64,000 nt of DNA, taken from Azolla caroliniana. Lineage: Eukaryota > Plantae > Polypodiophyta. A model generated the notes under the pieces. The model saw only the letters and a program-made list of their open reading frames with translations, ran no database searches and was not told where the DNA came from. Positions within the stretch are counted from its first letter, which is position 1. Each line of letters opens with the position of its first letter. Positions 8,260 through 18,222 of this stretch are shown in pieces. Location of the stretch: positions 34,534,001 to 34,598,000 of the forward strand of contig JBHGNT010000001.1 of NCBI GenBank assembly GCA_043228905.1, given 5' to 3'. A program made the translations under genes and the position numbers.

Positions 8260-11187
8260 GTGCTCCTTCCCTTTCTTCTCGAATCCTTCCGGTTGCTGCA
8301 TGTAGATCTCTTCTTCGAGGTCACCGTGAAGGAATGCCGTCTTCACGTCCATCTGTTCTACCTCGAGGTCCATGCTTGCCGCTATGCTCAGCACCGTCCG
8401 GATGGAGGTCATCTTCACTACCGGGGCAAATATCTCGTCGAAGTCGACGCCCTTCTTCTGCTGAAACCCCTTCACCACGATCCTGGCTTTGTATCTCGGG
8501 GGGTTTCCGGCGTCTCCCGGTTTCAGCTTGAACACCCACTTGTTTCGAAGTGCCCGCTTTCCTTTCGACAACTCCACAAGTTCATATGTGTGGTTCTCAT
8601 GCAGGGAAACCATCTCGTCCTGCATGGCACTCAACCACCTGCGGCTCTGGGTGTCATGCTTTGCTTCTTCAAAGCTCTCCGGCTCCCCCTCGTCGGTTAG
8701 CAGCACGTGCTCTGGTTCCGGAAATCTCCGGGGGGCCCTTCTCTCTCTTAGAGGATATCTCCGTTCCGGAGCTTCGGTAACCGGTTCTTCCGATTCTTCT
8801 TCATCCGAATCCATTTCGGGATCGGGGCCGGTTCCGGTATCATTTTCGTCTTCTTCGGCCGGTTCGGTTTCTTCACCGTCTTCGGCCGGATCCTCGAGTG
8901 CTAACCGGTCCCTTGCCGGTCGGGACTGCTCCTCGTAGAGTTTATCCTCACCGGTCGACTTGGAGCTCTTCATCTTCTTCTCCGACTCCCAGTCGGCGAG
9001 TGTCTTGTCCTCCATGAAGATGATGTCTCGACTCCTGAATATCTTCTTGTCGACCGGGTCCCATACTCGGTAGCCGAACTCGTCGTCGCCGTAACCGAGG
9101 AATATGCATGGCCGGGTCTTTGGATCTAGCTTTCCTCTCCGGTCCTTTGCCACATGCACGTATGCGAGACACCCGAACACCTTCAGATGCCGGTAGGATA
9201 CTTCCCTACCGGTCCACACTCTCTGCGGCGTGTCTCCGCCCAAAGGTACTGAGGGTGATCTGTTTATCACGTATGTCGTCGTCGACATCGCCTCAGCCCA
9301 AAAACCCTTGGGTAATTCCGCATGCGCCAGCATACTCCGGACCCTCTCCATTATGGTCCGGTTCATCCTCTCGGCCAGCCCGTTCAGTTCCGGCGTCTTC
9401 GGCACAGTAAACTCGAGCCGGATTCCCTTCAAGCGACAGTACTCCTGGAACTGCCCCCGGTATTCCCCTCCGTTATCCGCTCGTATCGCTTTCAGCTTCT
9501 TGCCGGATTCCCTTTCCACTCTCGCGTGGAGTTCTTTGAAGACGCCCAACACTTGGTCCTTTGTCTTCAACGGTGCCGTCCACAGCTTCCGGCTGTGGTC
9601 ATCAATGAATGTCACGAAGTACTGGGCTCCGCCATGTGACTTCGTTTCTACTTGACACACATCAGTGTGTACCAACTCCAATGGCACACTACGTCTCGTC
9701 GGTGGCCTTGAGTGGAAGGAGGCTCGGTTCTGCTTACCGGCCAGGCAATCGGTGCACTTCTCCAGGTGCACGTGCTTCACTGGAATAAGGTTGTCTTCTG
9801 CAAGCCTTTTCATCCCCTTCTCACTCATGTGGCACAGTCTTTTGTGCCACAGCTCACCGGCAGTGTCGGCTGCCACATTCAGCTCTTCCGAACATAACCA
9901 GGCATTCATCAGGTACAGTGTATTGACCTTCCGGGCCCGAGCCACTATCAAGCTCCCCTTGCTGAACTTCATGACACCGTTCCGGATGCTACCCGTGTAG
10001 CCTTCATCATCTAGCCTCCCGGCCGAAATCAGGTTCAGTCGGACCTCCGGAACGTGTCGGACATTCTTCAGCAGCATCTTGCATCCGGTCGGGGTTGTCA
10101 ACCACACGTCTCCTATGCCGGCAATCCGGCACGTACCTTCGTTTCCCATCCGAACACAGCCATGCTCGCCGGCTGTGTAGGATGAGAAGTATCTTCTCTC
10201 CGGGGTCAGGTGGAACGATGCTCCGGAATCGACCACCCAGGTCGTCTCATCGCCGGCAATGTTTAGTTCACCTTCTTCGGTGATGAGCATGATCTCCTCT
10301 TCACTTGCCGCGAGTGCCGTCGTTCCTTTCCGGTCCTGTCCTCGCCGATCCGAACCATTCCGGTCCGTGGCTCCCCGGTATGCACCGTTTCTCTCCGGTG
10401 ACTTCTTCGAATCGGTGTTGTCGGTTCCATTGTCTTTTCGGTAATGCCGACAATTCTTTCGGAAGTGCCCCGGCTTCCCACAGTGGAAGCATGTGGGCCT
10501 TCCTCTTGACTGCGACCGGGTCCCCGACTTCTCCCGTCTTTGCGGACTCCGGTTCCATTGTCTTCCCCGATCCGATTCGGTAAACAGCATCTTCGGGTCG
10601 GAGGCCGGTTCCTTATCTCTCCGACGCGCTTCTTCGTTCAAAATACTTGTCTTTACCGTTTGTAAGGACAAGTTATCTTCGGTGCAGGAGGTGCTGAGAG
10701 TTACCACCAAGTTTTCCCAGCTTTCCGGCAATGTACACATCAGAATGATGGCTTGCATTGCATCCTCCAGCGGGAACTTGATCGCCGCAACCTGGTTCAC
10801 GAATCCCATGAACGTGCTTACGTGTTCCACCATACTCTCGCCGTCCCGGTACTTGAGATTCACAATCTTCCTCATCAGGGAGGTCCGGTTCAGCGCATTC
10901 TTCCTCTCGTAGAGGCCCGACAGCTTCCGCCACATCTCATATGCGTTGGTGTCGTTCGCCACATGTTGTAGAACGCTCACGTCTACGTATTGCCGAATGG
11001 TTGCAACGGCTTTCCGGTTCAGAAGCCTCCATTCCGACTCAAGTACCCCCTTCGGTATTTCCGACCTGTCAATCGGTTCGTACAGGTCCCGAACAATCAG
11101 AAGATCCTCCATCTTGATCTTCCAGTCGGCGTAATTCTGTGCAGTCAGCACCATCATCCCCAGCTGCCCGCTGCCGCCGCCTTCCAT
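8260..11187 (-). pseudogene. Outer Copia Gag-PR-INT-RT(N) part, truncated by the nested insertion
   Basis: Open from ATG 11187 (MEGGGSG) to ...EKKGKEH, then runs into the inner LTR (stop at 8218); collinear with the inner ORF at a constant offset of 3640. Confidence 0.93.
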
Positions 11188-11202
11188 TTTCTGCAGCAGT
11201 TC

Positions 11203-11214
11203 GCTCTGATACCA
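11203..11214 (-). promoter_or_regulatory. Primer binding site (tRNA-iMet) of outer Copia
   Basis: Minus strand TGGTATCAGAGC, 3 nt inside the 5' LTR. Confidence 0.95.
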
Positions 11215-11217
11215 GTT

Positions 11218-11832
11218 TGTAAGGAATAGACCCTTCTATTCACCTTCACCGTTCGGCCACAACCGAGTAAGCGCGAATCGATGGAGCAGAAAATAGGAAC
11301 CACAAAGAGAAACAAAACGCGAGTACACAGAGAGTAACGTGGAAAACCCTAGACGGGAAAAACCACGGGAGTACAAGGCTCCAAACCAACACTATACAGA
11401 GAAGTATACAATGGCGAGCTGCAAGGCGACGACCTTGAGCTCGCTGTCCTCGCCACAGGCGGCGGAAATACACAGAGGCGTCTACCTCTTCCTCTCTCTC
11501 ACGCGCTATCTCTCTCTCTCTCTCTCACGGCTGCTTACACTTCACTCCTCTTGCGTGGAAAAACAGAAAAATGAGAAGCAACAGTAAAACTGTTTGCCCT
11601 AAGTCATATTTATACTTATATGACTTTGGGCTATTTACAATTATAGCCTCAGGGGCCCATAGCGAACATATTCACGGATATGTCCCTGCATCCGGATCGC
11701 TCTCCGGGTACATTCGTCATCCGGCACCGAAGCCGGGGTCTTCGTCATCCGGTTCCGAAACCGAAACCGGGCTTGTCGGCATTCATCTTCGATATCCGAC
11801 CATCCCATCCGAAAGGGACCGAAATCCCAACA
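11218..11832 (-). repeat. 5' LTR of outer Copia (615 bp)
   Basis: Near-identical to 970-1584. Confidence 0.96.
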
Positions 11833-13764
11833 GAAGTTGCAGTTACCCTTGCAAGATAATATACTTTCTAATTGTCATAAGTGGATGGGATTATTTTCGA
11901 ATTTTCATGTTTTATTGGGAGTTCGTGACCTTAGAGATGATGGTACTTTCTTAAGTTATGATGTTCTACAGGATGGACGATTAGGGATGATTACCCGGGA
12001 AGATGAATGTTTGGCTAAGGCTATATTAAAACCTATTAGAATTCTAGCTAACGTAGATAAGGGTTGGGTTCTTGACCCTAATCCTAATGATGTGCATCCA
12101 TGGTGGGATCTATAGGTATAGGGGGAAAAAACTATTATGTGAATTGGATTGGGACCCAGGAGAATGGAAGTGGTTGCCTACATCATATTCTGGGGAGGAT
12201 GTTAGGCCAATTCCGTTTTTTCAGTATTCCGTTCGATTGGGAAGGGAGATAATAAGACGTAGGGTACCCCATTGGCCAACAGCAGCAACAAAATGGTTGA
12301 CTTATAATGTGGATCCTACTCACATGACAACATTTTGGAAATGGCTATGGGCTATGCAAATTCCAAAGAACATTATTCTATTTAGATGGTTGATTGTTAG
12401 TTATGCGGTTCCTGTTAAGGCTTGGATGTATTGTAAAGAAGTGGATAATATGTGTGATTTTTGTGGTTTAGAAGTGGAGTCTCTTCATCACCTATTTTGG
12501 TCATGTATGGCGGCCAAATTGGTTTGGAAAATATTTTTATGTCTCTTACATGAGGTTTATGGCTCTAGAATATATAAATGGGGGGCAGTTATGTGGGCTA
12601 ATATTAAGGGTGAGGTACAAGATTATGAAAAAGAAAATGTTAACTTTGCATTATATACAAGAGGTCGATATGTTGAGGAAGTGTCGCCATATATGCCTAT
12701 TAATTTAGTCCAAAATGGCGTGGTTTGGGAGACGATTAGTTCAATAATCATATGGGTTTTGTGGACTAGTAGATGTCGAAGGATATTTCAACAAAATCAT
12801 TGGAATGTGTGAGGTCAATTTTTGCTCGTAAGAAAAGACCATGGTAGATACATCAGATGCTAAGGTGTATAAGAATAAAGCACAATATGAAAGGTTCAAG
12901 AGTTAAAAGACGAATGAGATTGAAGGGATATAAAGTTAGAGGCGTTTTCCAAAAGTAGAAAAAAGGAAAAAACGCATACAACAGTAGAGAAAAAAGCTCA
13001 TAACTTCTTCATCTCATGTCCAAATTTCAAAAGAAAAGATTCGTAAGAAAGCTGACAAAGAGAGATTTCTTGTATGATAAATTCAGATGACAAACCAGAA
13101 ATAATTATATGAAAAATGCACCACACAAACTTGAGGATATGTGAAAGAAAAGAAATTTTAAAGAAAACGCAAGAATAACGCAACTAAAAACCTATAAGTA
13201 TGAGGGTATCTTAGCGATTGGGAGAGACAAAGGGGGAATAGAATAGCTACAAAGGAGAGGGAAGAGTAGAATATCTAAGGAAGGAGGAAGAGTAGAACAT
13301 CTACAAGGGGGGATAGAAGATCTACAAGAAGAAGTGAGGAAGAAGAAGAAGATTAGAAGAAGTGGGAAGATGATTAGTAGAAGAAAGAGAGAAGACAGAA
13401 AGACTATTTTTGTAATAGTATATTGAAGTAGTTATTTGGGGTTGTTACTTTTGGACTCTAAGAGGATTGTATTCTTTTCTTAATAATATATTGAAGAATT
13501 CTTTTCTCTTTCTCTTCTCTTCTCTATTATTTTTCTCTCTCTCCTCATCAGAATGTTGTAGATGTAGTCAAGGAGATTTCGATGACCTTAGTGCATACAC
13601 TAAAAGAAGAATATGATGCTATCAAAGGTGATCCAGATGTAGTCTTTCGAAAGCAAGAGGTTTTTAAGAAGAGATGGGAAAGGATGAAGGTATTCTACAT
13701 GGTTAATGGTGGTATACATTGGAGGTATCAGCCACCACTCGGGGTATTTCCTCCACCGACATGA
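11833..13764 (+). mobile_element. Continuation of the host L1 LINE ORF2 (zf-RVT region and C-terminus), interrupted by a solo LTR
   Basis: FWKWLWAMQIPKNIILFRWL...CDFCGLEVESLHHLFWSC...IWVLWTSRC; removing 12808-13550 and one TSD restores HWN-VVDVVKEISMTLV...WRYQPPLGVFPPPT* (stop at 13764). Confidence 0.9.
12808..13550. mobile_element. Solo LTR (743 bp) of an unrelated LTR retrotransposon
   Basis: TGTGAGG...CCTCATCA termini (imperfect inverted repeat); 5-bp TSD GAATG at 12803-12807 and 13551-13555; no coding content; precisely interrupts the LINE frame. Confidence 0.88.
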
Positions 13765-13939
13765 GGCATGTGTCAATGTATAACTATTATTACTTATGCT
13801 TTGGGACATGCATAGGTCTATAGCAATCTAAGAGTAGTTGAAAGGGGCTATGCTGAATTTTGTGACCTATATTTTTACCTTGAAGGCATAAGCCTAAAAG
13901 CTATTAGAAGAGGGCAAGAAATCCAATCTCGTGGTGATT

Positions 13940-15240
13940 CTAGTTTATGCATATGCTAAATGTGGCATTTTTTAAGATGCTACTGCAGTAATCGGACTAT
14001 TATTAACCAGAGGCAAGGTTTTCATAAATAGCCTTACTGAAGGGCAAAGATGTGTCTATACAATGGGATACATCAAGCTGAAAATTCATGGAATCTCATA
14101 CATCCAATCCGAAAAACAAAGTGAAATTTGTCTCTAAAACCAGTCAACCAACAACAAGATGTACATTTTAATTAGGAGACATTCAGAAAGTACGAAGATT
14201 ATAGGAAGATATTGTTTACGTTTACTAACATCTTGATGTAAAAGTTTATTGGAAGAGAATGTTATGCTTGATAATACTTTTGTTGACATGTATGTCAAAT
14301 GTGATGATTTGGAAAAAGCTCAATTGGTGTTTGATGAACTTCCTATTCAAGATTTGGTCTCATGGAATTCATTGATCTCAAGATATGCTCAGCATGGCCA
14401 CAATGAAGGTGCATTGAAGTGTTTCAAACATATAGGCATCACTTTCATTTGCATCTTGACGGCATGTGGAATAGATAGGGGGAAACAAATCCACCATGAG
14501 ATTATCCATATGAAATTCTTAAACAAGCATGTCGAGCTCGACAATGTGTTGGTGGATATGTATGCAAAATGTGGTGAGCTAGAAAAAACCGCAGGAAGTG
14601 TTTGACGAGCTTTGTGTTCGTGACATTGTGTCTGTGGAATGTTTTGATCTTTGGATATGTTCCGCGATGGGAAGGAAGCAAAGGTAAAACTTATTTCAAG
14701 AGGATGTAGCAGAATAACTTCTTGCCGAATACAATCACCTCTATTTGCATATCGAAGGCTTCTTCAAGCATAGGGGCTTTACATAGAGGTGAGCAAATTC
14801 ACAGTGAAATTGTAAGTGAAAGATTGATCGATAAAGTTCAGAAACTAGATACTACTTTGGTGGATATGTATGTCAAATGTGGTGAAGTAGGAAAAGTACA
14901 AAAAGTGCTCAAGGGGCCACCGGTTCGGGTTGTGGCTTCTTGGAATGCACTAATTTCAAGATATTCCCAGCAAAGATTTGGCTAGGGAGCATGGAATCCT
15001 TTTGAACAAATGCAAAATGATGGTCTTTCTCCGGATGCAAACACCCCTTGTAAGTTTGCAAGGCATGTGGCAGTGTAGTGGTGGCTGATAACGGCATAGA
15101 AATTCACAATGAAATCATGAGTACGAGACTGTTGGAAGACAATATTGAGCTTGGGAATGCTTTCGTGGACATGTATGCTAAATGTGGCAAGCTTGAAAAA
15201 ACCCAAAAAACATTCAAGGATCTTTCAGTTCGGGTGGGCT
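13940..15240 (+). pseudogene. PLS-class pentatricopeptide repeat (PPR) pseudogene
   Basis: Repeated NxLVDMYxKCGxLEKA...VFDEL..D.VSWNxLISxYAQHG motifs with many stops and frameshifts. Confidence 0.85.
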
Positions 15241-15399
15241 AAACAATGGATGTGAAACCTATGAGCCACCAACCAACCAATTGTTTAATGCATTTTGGAT
15301 TATTCAAGCCCTTCAAATCAACATCGACAATCACTACAACGTTGTTAATGCTTGCATTTGCTGAGCAATAATTGATGCCCAAAAGCTTTGATGAATTAT

Positions 15400-15660
15400 T
15401 GTTGGTTGGAGATATGGTACAATGGACTACCATGTTATTCAGCTATACGAAGCATGATAAGAATGAGGATGCTATGCAATTTTATCCTCAAATGCTTGTG
15501 GCTTCCTCTTACCTTATATGATGACATTTTTTGGTATGTTGAAAGCATGTGGCAACATGGGAGAATTGCTTGTACATACAAAAATGAAATTAGATTTTAT
15601 GATGGATGGAGGTGTTGTGGGATAGATTGGCTTCAATAGTTGCATAATCTCTATGGAAAA
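15400..15660 (+). pseudogene. Further decayed PPR fragment
   Basis: DMVQWTTMLFSYTKHDKNEDAMQFYPQM is a PPR-like repeat, followed by stops. Confidence 0.55.
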
Positions 15661-15667
15661 CATAGCA

Positions 15668-15725
15668 TTGTAACTAATGTGCCTTTTTAAAAACTAATGA
15701 AAGGATATTTTGTTTTAAAAAAAAA
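15668..15725 (+). mobile_element. Very short LINE/SINE 3' tail with poly(A)
   Basis: TTGTAACTAATGTGCCTTTTTAAAAACTAATGAAAGGATAT...A9, similar to the tails at 24181-24240 and 51967-52030. Confidence 0.6.
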
Positions 15726-15780
15726 CTAATGAAGGACATAGAATAAGATGGAAAACCAAAATAAGATGAGACTTACATAG

Positions 15781-16894
15781 TTGCCTAGTACGAGTCGGCT
15801 CTTGGGGCCTACACCGAAGAGAGGGTGGCAGGTGAGTAGGAAACAACCAACGTGGGGGCTGGTAGTTCCACCTCGGGCCACTCCCGCCTTGCATCACCAT
15901 AGGTGTGTTCCGCCAATTCTGCCAAAAGCGCAAACGGGCAGTGGTCACATCGTTGGAGTGGCTGCAAACCTCTTCCAGTTGCCCTCGTAGGCAGCTGATA
16001 AGCGCGAACCATATGTCCAGAATCACTTCCTCCGGGGGCCGTACCATACCTTGGAAGACCTTGAGGCAACGCGCTTTTCATATATACCACAAGGTGAAAC
16101 CTGCGATCAACATCCAGATTTCCGGAAACCTAGGGGATGCGGGCTGCAAGCCTCTTTCAAAACGGATCTTGACGATTTTGCCTCTCGTGCATACATAGCA
16201 CCAACTATCCGCATTGACGGCGTCCGTCCACCCTTCGACCGAGTGATCAATCCATGCCGCAGCGCTCCACGAGGTTGTTCCTTCAACTTCATATGCCACA
16301 AGGAGGCAAGTCACTCTATCCCATACCTTTTGAGGTTGAGGGCAATCCCACAAACAATGTCTCAGAGACTCACTAGGTAGAGAGCACAGTGGGCAGCCTA
16401 ACGGGCCGCCACGTTTATCTAACCATTCGCCAACGGGCACCACATTATGACCGATCTGCCACCAAAAGAGCTTAATCTTTTCAGGCATGTGGAGACGCCA
16501 AAGACCCTTCCAAAAGGCAATGAGCGCCTCATCGGGGATGCCCAATGTTCGCCAGCCGTTGCGAAGGGGGCCGCCTGGCTGCAGCTGCAAAGTCCGACCC
16601 AATTTAGTGGTGTAATTGAAGAAGTGGTGGAGTCTATCGTCATGTTTCCATCTGAAATCCCCGGGGTCCCAATCCAGATCGACAAGGGGGCGACAACCGA
16701 GGGCATCGCCTTGGATATAGGTAGCTTCTTACATTAAGTTAGGCCGCAAGGCAATGTAAGTGGCTCATCTTCTTTGGCTTGATCGGAGGAAGTCTCCCCG
16801 ATGTGTGTATAAGTCTCCTTATAGACTCTATGTAATAATCCTTCCTAACTAATGGGAAAGTAGCTTTACTTTGAAAAAAAAAAAAAAAAAAAAA
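15781..16894 (+). mobile_element. 5'-truncated, 5'-inverted L1 insertion (15781-~16699 inverted ORF2 end; ~16700-16894 sense 3'UTR plus poly(A))
   Basis: 18-bp TSD AAGATGAGACTTACATAG at 15763-15780 and 16895-16912; poly(A) at 16874-16896; the minus strand of the left part encodes zf-RVT and RWNYQPP; a collinear relative lies at 54703-55038. Confidence 0.93.
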
Positions 16895-16954
16895 AAGATG
16901 AGACTTACATAGATGTTTTATTAACAATTAAAATGGTTGAGTACAAAGTAGAAG

Positions 16955-17691
16955 GTTTTTCGTTTTTCTTTTTTTTCTTTTTTCCAAACAAAAACTCCTT
17001 CCATTAGTTATAAAATTTTACAAATGAGACGATTATGTACAAATCCTTGTAGGGACGCGATAGTTCCATCTTATGTGGATGCCCACTGACTCAAGAAAGG
17101 GAGAGGACGACCATTGTTGGGCGAAGGCTATTCGTTAATCCAAAGAGTTATTGGGCAAACCAATTCCAACGCCTCTTGAGATTTGTCATTAAGAGGAGTG
17201 GACTAGACATTGCCGTTGGAGGAGAAAAATACCTCTTGTGCTTTTATCACCAAAGTCATCCCCTCCTCCTGATGCTCGTATCTGCCAACTGCGGTCTGCC
17301 ATGATAGCCAACATATATTTCCCCACTTAATTGAGCCTTGCACCTGGCATAATTGCAACAAGCAGCCAACCCCCTGCCATATTCGATGGATGTTGGGCAG
17401 TCTATACAATTAGGAGAGCTAAGGTTCCCACGTTGCCATGCTCCCACCGATAGGGACTTATATATTAATAGCCATTGGAACGTGGTAATTCACCTCGCGT
17501 GTTGTTGTTTCCAGATTTTCTGCCAAAACTTGGTGATTATTGTGGGAGGAACTTGAAATGTGTGCCAGACCTTCGCAGCAGCCAGCTCTCTGGCGGTTTG
17601 AGCAGCTAGAATGTGGCGACCCAATCTAGTTGTGAATTGGAAGAAAGGGATGGGTTTGCTTCCTTGCCCCGCGTAAGGATCACACCATGTC
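16955..17691 (-). mobile_element. 5'-truncated L1 LINE of a third family (zf-RVT to 3' end), degenerate
   Basis: Poly(T) at the left end; probable TSD CAAAGTAGAAG at 16944-16954 and 17692-17702; minus strand PFFQFTTRLGR..FWQKIW..CIDC..RWNYRVP*. Confidence 0.82.
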
Positions 17692-18032
17692 CAAAGTAGA
17701 AGTCTTGGTTATAGGCTAGGAAGAACTGTTGGGATATATGGGTGACTAGATTAGTTGAGTATGCACATTTGACCTTAACAAGTTATGAATCTAAGTATCA
17801 CACTTTGATACAATCCCTTGGTTTTGATCAATACATTCAAACATGCTTTCCATACATCTTCAACCAAATCCAATCCTTGCACAAATTTCTCTCACAACCC
17901 AAGTGTGCACTCTAAATTGCAACATTCATTAGTAAAGTTCGTGAACGTTAAGACTCAATACTCACTTTCACATGCATTATTATGGAAAAATGTTTTATTT
18001 TTAGTCTCATTGATCATATTTGACCTTAGTAG

Positions 18033-18036
<4 letters not shown>

Positions 18037-18067
<31 letters not shown>
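18037..18067. repeat. (AT)n microsatellite
   Basis: About 15 AT units. Confidence 0.9.
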
Positions 18068-18071
<4 letters not shown>

Positions 18072-18168
18072 AGCAATCTAGGGTCTTTTGACACATCGAA
18101 ATAAAAAGGAGTTACAATCCCTACTTGTACTACTCGTGCTTTTGCACATCATAATGAACTTCGAGGTT

Positions 18169-18222
18169 CATGTGTAACTTGCAATATATGTAAATATTCA
18201 CATATATTGCAAGTTAAACATG
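18169..18222. repeat. Near-perfect AT-rich palindrome
   Basis: TAACTTGCAATATATGT-a-AATATT-c-ACATATATTGCAAGTTA at 18175-18216, with outer CATG arms. Confidence 0.85.

Larger units (their letters stand above)
970..11832 (-). mobile_element. Ty1/Copia LTR retrotransposon (outer element, Tnt1/Tork-like), interrupted by a nested Copia
   Basis: 615-bp LTRs at 970-1584 and 11218-11832 with TG...CA ends; 5-bp TSD GAAGT at 965-969 and 11833-11837; tRNA-iMet PBS; PPT; gag-PR-INT-RT-RH domain order. Confidence 0.97.

Noticed and set aside
1595-11229. Many 60-190 aa plus-strand and off-frame ORFs overlapping the Copia polyproteins
   Set aside because: Shadows of a GC-rich coding frame; no recognisable motifs, and starts/stops differ between the two copies.
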